DNA from: Octopus sinensis
Taxonomy: Eukaryota
DNA length: 64,000 nt
Assembly (NCBI RefSeq): GCF_006345805.1
Contig: NC_043002.1
Coordinates: 806,001-870,000 of the forward strand
Direction of reading: 5' to 3'
Translations under genes and position numbers: made by a program
Part shown: positions 13,198 to 24,514 of the stretch, piece after piece
Numbering within the stretch: position 1 is the stretch's first letter
Layout of the letters: every line of letters begins with the position of its first letter
The notes under the pieces: generated by a model
The model's database searches: none
What the model was told of the DNA's origin: nothing
The model's input: the letters and a program-made list of their open reading frames with translations, nothing else

Positions 13198-13839
13198 GGT
13201 TTTGGCTCTAAGAATGAGGAGGGAACAAGGCTGCTGGAGTTCTGTGATACAAATGATCTTTTGATCTGCAACACTAACTTCAGAAAACCAGCCAGCCACC
13301 TAATCACTTATCAGTCTGGTGGGCAGGTAAGCCAGATCAGTTATACCACTTTACCAGGCAATGAGATACTTGCAAGTGCAAAGTCTTTCCCAGGTGAAGA
13401 GTGTACAACCAAACATAGGTTACTAGTTAGTGACTTCAGATTTAGAGGTAGAAAGAATCAGAGAAATCAACCGTTCTGGAAAAGATGATTATGGAAGCTC
13501 AAACACCCAAAAAACCAACAAAAATTTAGAGATATTTTAATGGAAGCCTCTGACAAAAGAGACAAAGTAGAGATATATAACTTTGAGGACAATTGGAAGA
13601 GACAATCTACTGAGGGCTGCAGACTAAATCTGTGGCTGGTGCAAACACCCAGTTAGGCCAAAGATGACATGGTGGTGGAATAGAAAGGTAGACGGTGCTA
13701 TAAAGGGAAAGAGACAAGCCTGGAAAAATAGTGGAAGCAGAGAATTATATCTGGTAGACTGAAGGGAAGCTAGGCAACAGGTTTAAATAGCAAAAGGAAT
13801 AGCAGAAGGTAAGAGATTTGCCAATGTCCTACAGGGTGA

Positions 13840-14052
13840 AGGCGGCGAACTGGTAGAAACGTTAGCACGCCGGGCAAAGTGCTTAGCAGTATTTTGTCTG
13901 TCGTTATATTCTGAGTTCAAATTCCGCCGAGGTTGACTTTACCTTTCATCCTTTTGGGGTTGATAAATTTAGTACCAGTTGTGTACTGGGATCGATCTAA
14001 TCAACTGGCCTCCTCCCAAAAAATTTCGGGCCTTGTGCCTAGAGTAGGAAAG
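13840..14052 (+). mobile_element. Full-length tRNA-derived SINE with a 17-bp TSD
   Basis: tRNA-like head (ggcggcgaactggtagaaacgttagc; B-box-like gagttcaaattcc). TSD aatgtcctacagggtga (13823-13839) and aatgttctacagggtga (14053-14069). Confidence 0.9.
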
Positions 14053-14249
14053 AATGTTCTACAGGGTGAGGATCAGAGGCATGAGGTGTTCATGATTGCA
14101 AAGTAGTGTATCAGAGAGAATAGAGATGTGGTGGGTGTGAATGGATTATGGTATGCTTGCACTTAGTGACTCAGAGGAGAAAGATGTGTGGAAGTGCCAC
14201 TATGAAACATTATTAAATGTGGAAAATGCATGGGAAAAGGGTTCCCACT

Positions 14250-14857
14250 TCTTGCAAGTATGCCCTGGCACTTGCTGCTATCCCTCCCCTGCTGTTGCAG
14301 TCTCCTTCTCTCTCTTTCCCTTGCTCTCCCCTTTGACTGGGTAATCATGTATATCCTCTGCAGCAACACACCTGTTTCTGCCCTCATTCTTGATCATTCT
14401 CTCTCCCTCCTTCCCTTGCCCTTACCTCTGGCCAGGTAACCATCTATCTCCTTTACACCAATATACCTCTCGTTAACTCCCACTCTCTCTCTCTCTCTCT
14501 CTCTAGGTAATTGTTTCTGCCTTCATTCTTATTAACTCTCACTCTCTTCCCCCCCCCTCTCTCTCTTTCTGGCTGGGTAACCTGTGTCTGCCTCTCTGTC
14601 ACACTTTAGTCTTTTATTAACTGACACACGATCACCTCCTCCACTTCTCCCTCTCCTCTCAAAGACTCTTTGTCTTGCAAAGTTACTTGGTGACCCCACC
14701 AATGCTGGTACCACTTAAAAACCACCCAAACCACACTGTAAAGTGGTTGGCATTTGGAAGGGTATCCAGCCGTAAAAACCACTCAGAAGCATAGCACAGG
14801 CTCCCGCCTGGCCAGCTCCTGTGAAACCATCCAACCCATGCCAGATGATGATGATGA
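14250..14857 (+). mobile_element. Nested RTE-family 3' UTR/tail fragment
   Basis: Pyrimidine-rich UTR, the family motif gtggttggcatttggaagggtatccagccgtaaaaacc and a gatgatgatg tail interrupt the host RTE ORF. Confidence 0.7.
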
Positions 14858-16946
14858 AGGAGAGTCTTTCAAATATCAAACCAATTGAGGGACCAGCCAT
14901 CAGGGTTGATAGCAGTATGAGAGATAAGGCAATTAAGGATATGAAGATAGAGGAATTCCCTGGACCATCAAGAGTCACTGCCAAGATGATCAAAATATCC
15001 AGCAGTATAGGATGCAGCTTAGCCATTCCTAGAGTTAATCAAGTTATTCAGAAAGGCATCATCCTTAATGACTTGTCTGGTAGTATTATAGTTGGCTGTT
15101 TCAAGAGTAAAGGTGATACCTTAGATAGAAACAACTACAGAGGTATAAAGCAGCTGGACCAGGTCATGAGAGTTACAGAGAGAGAGTTATAGCTCAATTA
15201 TTTAGGAATAAAATTAAACTAGATGAGAGGCAATTTGGTTTCCTAGATGGGGAGAGTACCACAGATACCATCTTCCTAGTGAGACAGCTGCAGGAAAAGT
15301 ATTTGGCCAAAAGTAAGCAATTGTACTTAGATTTTGTTGACCTGGAGAAAGCTTTCAACAGGGTCCTCATCTCTGTTATCTGATGGTCTCTAAGGAAGTT
15401 AGGAGTAGAAGAGTGGCATTTTAGAGTTGTACAAGTCATGTACAGTGATGCTGTCAGTAAGGTGAGAGTTGGCCATGAATACAATGGTGAATTTAGCGAC
15501 AAGTAGGGGTTCACCAGGGTTCAGTTCTTAGTCTGCTCTTATTCATCATAGTCCTCCAGGCTATAGCAGAGGAATTCAAAACTTGCAGCCCATGGGAACT
15601 ACTCTATGTTGATCGCTTTTCTCTTATTGCAGAATGCATAGTAGTATTGGAGAAGAAATTCCAGGCATGGAAGAAAATCCTGGAATCAAAGGGTCTTAAA
15701 GATAACCTAGCAAAGACCAAAGTTGCTGTTAGCAAGGAAGTGGACAAGACTCTCTGTTAGGTAAATTGCCTTGCTGAATATGTAGGTGAGGAGTTGGAAG
15801 CACTAGCATAGCTAGAGTGTGTGCTGCCCCCAGACCCCACAAAAAACACATTGCTTACAACTAACCCAAAGATGGTACCCCTTTAAAAGTTCCACCTGAG
15901 GTGGACTGCCCCTACCGCTCCTCCCTAGATACACTAGTGGTTGGAAGTAATTCCATTCACTGCACCAAATGTTCGCTATGGATACATAAGAGGTGCTGTG
16001 GTATCACAGGTAGATTAACAGACAAAGCCGTCTTTGTGTGTTGCAGATATGTAGGAAAAATAAGAACTCAGAACACATGGGAACTAGACTCTCTGAAATG
16101 CTCAAGAGATTCTCTTGAGGTTGTAGATAGTGTCTGTTATTAGCAATTTAGCAATGGTAGAGGATGCTCTGAAAGTATTGTTTCCAGAATAAGAATAGGA
16201 TAAAGTTCAGAGAGCTATTACCTCTGTTGGCAAAAAAAAAAAAAAAGACTCTCTTTCAGAGTGGAAGGTAGACAATATGATGCTTGTATACTAAGAGCTA
16301 TATGCCATGGTTGTAAGACATGGGCTCTGAATGCAGAAGACATGTGTAGACTAGAGAGAAAGGAATGTAGTATGCTCCATTGGATGTGCAACATCAGTGC
16401 ATGTGTGCGACAAAATGTACTGAGAGAAAAGTTGGGCATAAGAAGAATCAAATGTAGCATGTAAGAGAGAAGACTACATTGGTTTGGACATGTGATGCAT
16501 ATGAATGAGGACAGATGTACAAAGATGCTCTGGTCACTGAAAGTGGATAGTACCCGTGGAAGAGGGAGACCCAGGATGAAATGGTAAGCACTGATCTCAG
16601 GATGCTGGGCTTCACGGAAGAAATGACAATGGATTGAGATGTATGGCAATATGAGGTTCTTGAGAAGATCCACCCATGTCAGTGAAACTAAGTGCTGTGT
16701 GTTCTACTCATGCCTAACAGTAAAACCTTTCACACACCCGACCCCAACAAACTACATCTCTTTTCCCAAACTGCATCTCTTCCCTTCCTCACATTTCTTT
16801 TTGTTATGATTATTTCTCACTCCCCAATTCCATCCTCACTACTTTGCTCACTGCATCATTGCTATCTTGTAGTCACCACTCCTTCTATATATCCAGGTTC
16901 TTACCAGTCACTGTATTCCCCACACCCACTCCCTATTCATGCTTCT

Positions 16947-17393
16947 CTAGTAACGCTATTTTGGAAGTTTTCAGCACGCATGCGCAGAGTTGGATTACTT
17001 CCGGTAGGCCATTGGAAGTTCCCTCATGCACATGCACAGAGGAACAGAAAATTTTCCCTCTAGATCTGTCTTTTAGAAGCTGCAGCCGAATTGAGTGGAC
17101 ACAACTCAAGGTTCTCTCAAGAAAACCAACACATAAAGAAGCCCCCTTCTACGTGGGAATGGAGACAGCATTTTGGCTCACACAAGTTGACTATTGTGAA
17201 TAGTTTCATGGCTTTGACTACCGGTTCGACCTGAAGAAAATATATGTATAAATATTTGATTTGCAAATCCAGACCCAAATAAAATATTATTTATTGCTGT
17301 TGAAGATAGTCGAAGTTTTGGCTTTCCTTTCGACATAATTGAATGGTAAGACCAGCACCCCTCAAGTGTTCCAGAGACCTTCATCTTGTTACA
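16947..17393. mobile_element. Probable solo LTR
   Basis: Ends (a)gtaac...gttaca. cttct lies on both sides (16942-16946 and 17394-17398, with a 2-nt offset on the left). Internal NRF1-like gcatgcgca, ETS-like cttccgg and AATAAA. Confidence 0.5.
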
Positions 17394-17919
17394 CTTCTTT
17401 GGCAATACTATGACCTCTGTACCTTGAGGGTATGCCTTGGCAAATGCCACCATCCATCTCTCCCTTCCTTTACTCTACCCTCCCATCTATGCTCTGATCC
17501 TCATCCTTTGTGAGTCTGCCCTGTCACTTCACCACCATCTCCCTCCTGCTCTCTCTTGCACTCTTGTTGTCTTCCATTCTCTCTCCCTCTCTCTCTCTCT
17601 TTGTCTTTCTCTTACTCTTCCCCTCTGACTGAGTAACCATGTACCTCCTCTTAGGCAGCACACCTGTTTTTATCCTCATTCTTGATCACACACACACTCT
17701 CTCTCTCTCCCTGTGCTGGGTTACCAAGTACCTTCCCTACATCAAGACACCTGTTTCTGTCTCTCTGTCATACTTTCATCATCTGACACAAGATCACCAC
17801 CTCCAATGCCCCCCTCCCCTCTCAAAGAATCTTTGTCTGGGAAGTTACTTGGTGACCCTGCCAGTGCTGGTGAGAGGTAGAAAGCATCCCCAGTGGGTGT
17901 GTATGATGGCCCTCTTTCT

Positions 17920-18065
17920 GTTTCTGCCAACAAAATTCAATCACAAGGCTTTGGCCAACCTGACGCTACAGCAGAAGACAATTGCCCAAGATGTCATGCA
18001 GTAGGATGCAACCTAAAATTATGGAATTTGAGGAATAAATGTGTTAAACCACACAACCATTCCTG
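17920..18065 (-). mobile_element. Degenerate tRNA/CORE-type SINE head
   Basis: Homologous by eye to 19890-20068 (cacaaggc...gaagaca..tgcccaag..g.ca.gcagt.gga). Confidence 0.6.
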
Positions 18066-18390
<325 letters not shown>

Positions 18391-18830
18391 ATATATATAT
18401 ATATATATATATACATACAAACTGAGATAGGGGTTGTAAATGCAACCCTCTATTGGATAACATATATCCAATATACTGATAGTGAAGTACCCAACAAAGT
18501 TAATACATAAATGTTAAGAATTGCGATGGAATTAATTCATTTACTGTATTATATGGGCAAAGGTAAAATGTTTTACCACAAATTCATAATACAAAATAAG
18601 AAAATGGAGAAATACATCCAAATCAAATATCAATTACCAGATAATACCCAATCACATACTTTATTAAACCACCACATAAGAAACTTTAATGTCAAACATA
18701 ATAATAATAATAATGTAGAACAAAACAGTGTACATAAAGGAGTGTGCATAAAGGAGTAATGTTATACAATAAGTACAATATGTATATGAGAATATAAATA
18801 TAAGTAACTATAAATATAAATATAGACTAC

Positions 18831-18957
18831 ATCTTACAGCTGTTTCAGCCATGCAGATAAGTATGTCTCATTTTACTTATATTAGCCATTTATGGTAGGT
18901 CAATATGTAGTTATAAATGAGACATTTACAAAAATATCCTAAGGCCTCTTCGGAGAT
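18831..18957 (-). ncRNA. Type I hammerhead ribozyme fold (Penelope-type, palindromic helix III) with an expanded helix II
   Basis: Minus strand reads ATCT-CCGAAGA-GGCC-[about 90 nt]-GGCT-GAAA-CAGCTG-TA-AGAT. Helix I ATCT/AGAT, helix II GGCC/GGCT, palindrome ACAGCTGT, GUA cleavage triplet. The core has U4C. Confidence 0.7.
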
Positions 18958-19300
18958 TATGTGATACAAATCAGATTACATACACACTTATATAGGTGTG
19001 GGTACATACCCATAATAAAACATATACATATACATATGAGTGCATATACTCATACTCCTATTTATATCATTATGTATATGTATATTTATATGTATAATAA
19101 TTAAGATCTAAAATTATCTCTATCAATAAATATATATACGTATTAAAAAAAACTAAATAAATTAATTATTCATTATTACTTATGAAATATTTTAAATAAT
19201 TAAAAAATTAAAAAATTAAAGACGAAAAAGCAAATTGTAAATGTATAAACTATCTTAAAAGAACCCTATAACTATTTAACGATCAATAAGTCTTGTTGGC

Positions 19301-19337
<37 letters not shown>

Positions 19338-19339
<2 letters not shown>

Positions 19340-19660
19340 CCTTAAATCCTTAAAAATGTTTTAGCCCGAAGGCCGCGGCCATGCTGGGGCACCACCGCTG
19401 AATGAGCTACACTAATTTGTGAATCCACCTCTGATACGTGGCACTTGATCAACAAGGGAGTTCGATGCTGCTGCCCGCATCCGCGTCTCCTGTCGTGAGG
19501 TAGGCTCATCTGGGACTCCCGACAAGAAGAGATCCAGTTTAGTTTTAAAGAAACCCACATCCACACCATGTAAGTCTCTCAGGCATTTAGGGAGGATGTT
19601 AAAGAGCTGTGGTCCTCTGAAACCCAAGCTGTTGCAGTATCTGGACCTGTATTTTGATGG
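19338..19660 (-). mobile_element. CR1-like LINE 3' end
   Basis: ORF 19412-19627 (GPQLFNILPKCLRDL...FKTKLDLFLSGVPDEP...AASNSLVDQ), a typical CR1 ORF2 C-terminus, followed by a 3' UTR and an (AAGGATTT)-like tail. Confidence 0.85.
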
Positions 19661-19664
19661 TGAT

Positions 19665-20064
19665 ATATCTTTTTTACTCTTTTACTTGTTTCAGTCATTT
19701 GACTGCGGCCATGCTGGAGCACTGCCTTTAGTCGATCAAATCGACCCCGGGACTTATTCTTTGTAAGCCCAGTACTTATTTTATCGGTCTCTTTTGCCGA
19801 ACCGCTAATTGACGGGGACGTAAACACACCAGCATCGGTTGTCAAGCAATGCTAGGGGGAAAAAACACAGACACACAAACACACACACACACACACATAT
19901 ATACGACAGGCTTCTTTCAGTTTCCGTCTATCAAATCCACTCACAAGGCATTGGTCAGCCTGGGGCTATAGCAGAAGACACTTGCCCAAGATGCCACGCA
20001 GTGGGACTGAACCCAGAACCATGTGGTTGGTTAGCAAGCTACTTACCACACAGCCACTCCTGCG

Positions 20065-20068
<4 letters not shown>
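19665..20068 (-). mobile_element. Full-length tRNA-derived CORE-type SINE
   Basis: Head aggcgcaggagtggctgtgtggtaag...gggttcagtccc, CORE-like cttgggcaagtg, internal (TG)n, 3' end ccagcatggccgcagtcaaatgactgaaacaagtaaaa. Partial relatives at about 20150-20330, 24740-24870, 25690-25840, 26820-26950 and 58760-58915. Confidence 0.85.
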
Positions 20069-20105
<37 letters not shown>

Positions 20106-20959
20106 TCATAAATATATTTATATATATATACACACACACACATAAATATATATATGTTTTTTACTTGTTTCAGTCATTGAACTGTGGCCATGCAAGGGCA
20201 CCACCTTGAAGGGTTTAGACAAATAAATTAACCCTAGTACTTATTTATAAACCTGGTACTCATTTTATCTTTCTCTTTTGTCAAACTGCCAAGTTACAGG
20301 GATGTAAATAAACCAACAAGTAGTGGCACGTGACAAACGCAAGCACAAAGATGCCCTTCCTAATGCCAACCACTTTACAGAATGTACTGGATGCTTTTTA
20401 TGCGGCACCATCGCCAGTATTTTTAATGTGGAACCAGCATCAGTGCCTTTTACATGAGTGCTTTTAACATGACACCAGTATTGTGTGCATTTTGTGTGGT
20501 GCCAGTAGCAATGCTTTTTCTGTAGCACCAGCTCTGCATAAATTCTGCTATAGTGGACAGGTCTTCTTGTCATCTCCTTTGTAAAGCTCAAGTCTTGAGA
20601 TTGGCCTTCACTACTTCATCCCATGTCTTCCTTGATCTTCTGCTTCCACAAATTCCATCCTTTTTAAGTGATCAGCACTTCTGTATGCAACTGTACATCC
20701 ATACACAAAATATCATCATTCTTATATCCATTTCCACACTGGATGAGTCAGAAGAGTTGCAAACGTTGGAGACAGTGCACATGTTGGGCTGCCAGTCATC
20801 TGGATGGCTTAGAGGACTGTATTTTGTAAACTTCAGTTCGGCTTGGTTTCTTCCTCTCTAATCAGTATACAAGTCATCCTGGGTACTTTTTTCATGATAC
20901 TAGCACTACAGAGATGTTATTTCCTTGACAAGGTTACACATTTCTCTAAATCTGATATA

Positions 20960-21170
20960 TTCTTTTCTACTCTAGGCACAAGGCCCGAAGTTTTTTTGGT
21001 GGGGAGGGGTCAGTCGATTAGATTGACCCCACAATGCGACTGGTACTTAATTTATTGACCTCAAAAGGATGAAAGGCAAAGTTGACTTTGGCAGAATTTG
21101 AACTCAGAATGTAACAGCAGACAAAATACTGCCAAGCATTTTGCCCAGCTAATGTTTTTGTCTGCTTGCC
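20960..21170 (-). mobile_element. SINE, same family as 13840-14052
   Basis: ggtacttaatttattgacctcaaaaggatgaaaggcaaagttgactttggcagaatttgaactcaga is the reverse complement of the family core. Confidence 0.85.
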
Positions 21171-21464
21171 ACCTTCTCGGTCTCATATATTACAGAATGT
21201 ATTTGAAGGGCTGAGAAGTCTAAAAGGACTGCTTCACCTTACGTCTCTTCTTGCTGGCCCTTCTCCTTACATGATGAGGGTCTGTCTTTCACAAACAGCA
21301 GTAACTTTCTTCAGTTGAATATATGTCATTGATTAGTTAAAATTACCCAAATACAAAAACTTTAACATGAAATAACTTCTAAAATACAAAATTTTGTCAA
21401 AAATGTTGAAAGTAGATCGTGTTCAGCGTGAGCAATTACACCAGTATACAAAGTTTCAAACTAT

Positions 21465-21701
21465 CTAGCTAAAAGAAAATAATTTAAAAATCTGTGAATG
21501 AAACTGAAGAGATTTCATCTCTTTGATCTTGGTCACCAGTTCAGCCTTGGTGATGCAGGCCAGGTCATAATTTTTTGCTTGGTCAATCAGCCTATTTAGC
21601 AATAAATGAACATCTAGACTGAACTTTTGATAGTCAAATGACTGAATTATCTCACACATATTTGACATTTTAGATGAAGAAAAGTTTTGAAGGAAATATT
21701 T
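21465..21701 (-). other. Unidentified open frame in non-repetitive DNA; possible terminal exon
   Basis: tttag|AAA acceptor, then 78 open codons (KYFLQNFSSKMSNMCEIIQSFDYQKFSLDVHLLLNRLIDQAKNYDLACITKAELVTKIKEMKSL...). No homologue recognised. Confidence 0.25.
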
Positions 21702-24049
21702 CTAAATGTAAAATTTTTAGTGAAAGCAGAAATGACAGTTTGCAAATGTGAAAGTAACTAAACAGAATAAACTAGATCTGCTGGAACCAGTCCCTGATAT
21801 TAATAAACAGCAATCTTGATAACAAAAATATAATGGTGTATATTGACTCATCAAAATATTGTATTTTTTCCAAACTACAAAGTCTTCCATATTTTCAGAC
21901 TTGTTTTTCTAGTCTCAATGAATTTAATTCAAAGAACTTTTCTTTGTAGGAATAATCACAACCTTCCATTGTTCAATAGAACTGGTACGATTTATTTTGA
22001 ACTTAACAATATTTATAAGTCATTTCTTAAAAAGACTGGGGAATTTAAGTATATAACAATGAAAGCATACATTTATTTGCCTGCTGTTCTCTCTTACATC
22101 CATACAACATTCAATAAATATTGCCATAATATATCACCACCACCGCCACTGTTGTCATCATCATCATCATCATCATCATTATCATCATTTAATGCCCATG
22201 TTTCATGTTTGCATGGGTTGGATGGTTATCTTTCTATGGCTGGATACCTTTCCTAACAGCAACCACTTCACAGTGTGAACTGGGTGCTTTTATCCTGTCA
22301 TCTGCACTATTGAGGTTGCCATTCAATTTGCAGAACTACAAGCCCTTGGGTAGATGTGGGAGGTGCAGCTTCATGCTTGGGGGTGAGGGGATTACGATGA
22401 GAGAGGGTTTCTGCACATGGGCTGCTTGGCTACTCACATCTAGTAGGGAAGGGGAAGGGAATGATGAGTGGGTACCTGCAAGGTACACAATGATGACAAA
22501 AGCTGAGTAGAAGTCGGTGGGAGATGGGTGGGTCATTTGTAAGGTTGTATAGGGAGGTGAATGAGTGGTAGTGGTGGTGGTGGTGGGGTGGACTGCCAAA
22601 ATGGGTAGGGTTGAAGGAGGATGATGAGACAAGAGCCAAGGGGTAGGGATGATAGAAGCCTGCAGAAGAGGAGGGACAGCATGTACGACAGTACTGCAGG
22701 GAGAGGAGACATAGTGTATGGGGGCAGATAGAGGTAGTCACTGTACCGGGTGGAGGACCTAAAATATAGCACTACCAGGGCTCAGTTTTGCTGAGAAAGG
22801 TGAGTCTTTTTGAGGACTTCATATTGCAATGGACTTGTTGATCTTTTGTCATGTGATTTGTCCGGCTCAGGGGTCGTGAGGTCAGCTTTCACCACTTCAC
22901 CTCCTCTCTTTCCACTAAACGTCTTTATAAAGAGAGAAAATATTTTTGATCAGGTTTGTCCAGTGTGTCCAGTTATAAATTCTTACTTAAATTATCATCA
23001 TTAAAAAAATATATTTCAATTTGTTGGAATCAGTAAATGTTTCCTCTCAGATTCATCTGGAATACTCTTAAACATATTAATAATAATTAGTATTACCTGA
23101 AAGATTATTTTCAATTAATTAATAATTGACAGAATATAATCTGTAATATATAATACCAGACATACTTTTGGGTGATGAATAATGGCAAGCCTTTGATTAA
23201 GTCCAACAAAGTATGAAGATTACCTGTGCAAATGTTGTGATTTCTGTGCGAAGGAGATCTTCTTGTTTAAAATGAAGAAAATATGGGCTATTGCAAAACT
23301 GTCAACAACATTTTTTATCAGAGCCTTCTCTGGATATGTCAATGAACAAAGCCACAACATTACAATATTTGTTCCATCCATCAAAAGTACTCAGGATTGA
23401 AAACCAACTCATGTAAAAGGGTGAACAAGCTGAAAGAGAGAAAATATACTTTCCTTTCCGACTACAGTTTCATGCTTGAACCTCATAACGAATATGATCT
23501 TCTTGCTGAAAAGTTAATGAACAATACAGTCAATAGACTCCTAATAAAAGTATAAGGGATATTTTCTGGTCAAAGGATGACCATTAATATCCATCAAGGA
23601 AATTCAAAGGGTGATAATTCTTCCTGTAATTGTAAAATAATTAATATAATTAAAAAAAGATATAAAAAGGAATGATTGTTAAATATCAGAAACGGATTAT
23701 GACCGACTGTCATTCTGTTGAAGAAGTTGAAAGTTAGCGGCAAATGCTGTTTTTCATCATTTGATCTTAATATTTGGTAGATTTCAAGGAATGAGTCATC
23801 TCGTTATGGAGGGGAAACAAAGCAGACAGACAGTGACACAATAAAATCCTATCACAACCTCTTACCAGCATCAAGAAGGGAACTGTCAGATAGCGTTACA
23901 CCACTTCCTCTTCTCCTTATCCTCCTCCATGCTCTTGCAGTCACTTTTGTAACATTAAACGAAAAAAAAATTTTATATCTTAAGCAAAAATGTGACAGAA
24001 AAGTTTCATGGAGTTAATACTTCTGCAGACCAAAAATGGATTTTCTCTG

Positions 24050-24482
24050 AGTGGAGGGCAGATTGTGTGCTAAGTGTGATAGTGTATGGTAGTAAAAGAT
24101 GGACATTGAATGCAGAGGATGTGCAAAATCAGGAATGAAATGAGGCAAGCATGCTCTGCAAGATGTGTAATGCTAATTGTGAATGAAGAGTGGAGGATAA
24201 ATGAACAAAGAGAAAAACTGATGTTGGTCTGCAAGAGAGGAGAGAATGTGTGTATGTATGGAGATGTAAGGAGGATGACAGTTTGGTAAAGAAGCGCCAG
24301 GCAATCTAATTGGAAGGAATTCATAGAAGAGAAAGATCAAGAAAGACGTGGAAAGAATAGGTGAAGGCTTATCTCATCATGAATGAGATGATATGTGATC
24401 ATAAGTAACAAAATGTTGTGGTTGTGAAGACTCATTCAAGCCCCACAATCATGGGAAAAATGGATGCAAAATTATGATGACA

Positions 24483-24512
<30 letters not shown>
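24050..24512 (+). mobile_element. Old RTE LINE 3' remnant
   Basis: Decayed ETW/NAEDVQ, GRSRKTWKE-like text and a long (GAT)n tail at about 24484-24512. Confidence 0.65.

Positions 24513-24514
<2 letters not shown>

Larger units (their letters stand above)
12950..17930 (+). mobile_element. Long degenerate RTE LINE (EN, RT, 3' UTR) carrying at least four nested insertions
   Basis: EN: GFGSKNEEGTRLLEFCDTNDLLICNTNFRK. RT: DLEKAF, gggttcaccagggttcagtt (GVHQGS-like) and a YVD remnant. C-terminal WFGHV, then a long UTR. Confidence 0.85.

Noticed and set aside
13840-13930. tRNA gene
   Set aside because: It is the tRNA-derived head of a SINE with a TSD; there is no complete cloverleaf. The same applies to the other SINE heads.
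21196-21279. + strand LRR-like exon NVFEGLRSLKGLLHL
   Set aside because: A single short match with a weak donor and no compatible neighbouring exons.
23290-23315. Selenocysteine reading of CC-TGA-QFC
   Set aside because: No recognisable selenoprotein family and no SECIS element identified; kept only as part of the low-confidence exon-chain finding.
23400-23800. Possible NUMT, because of repeated TGA codons in a hydrophobic minus-strand frame
   Set aside because: Translation with the invertebrate mitochondrial code resembles no mitochondrial protein I know, and TAG/TAA stops remain.
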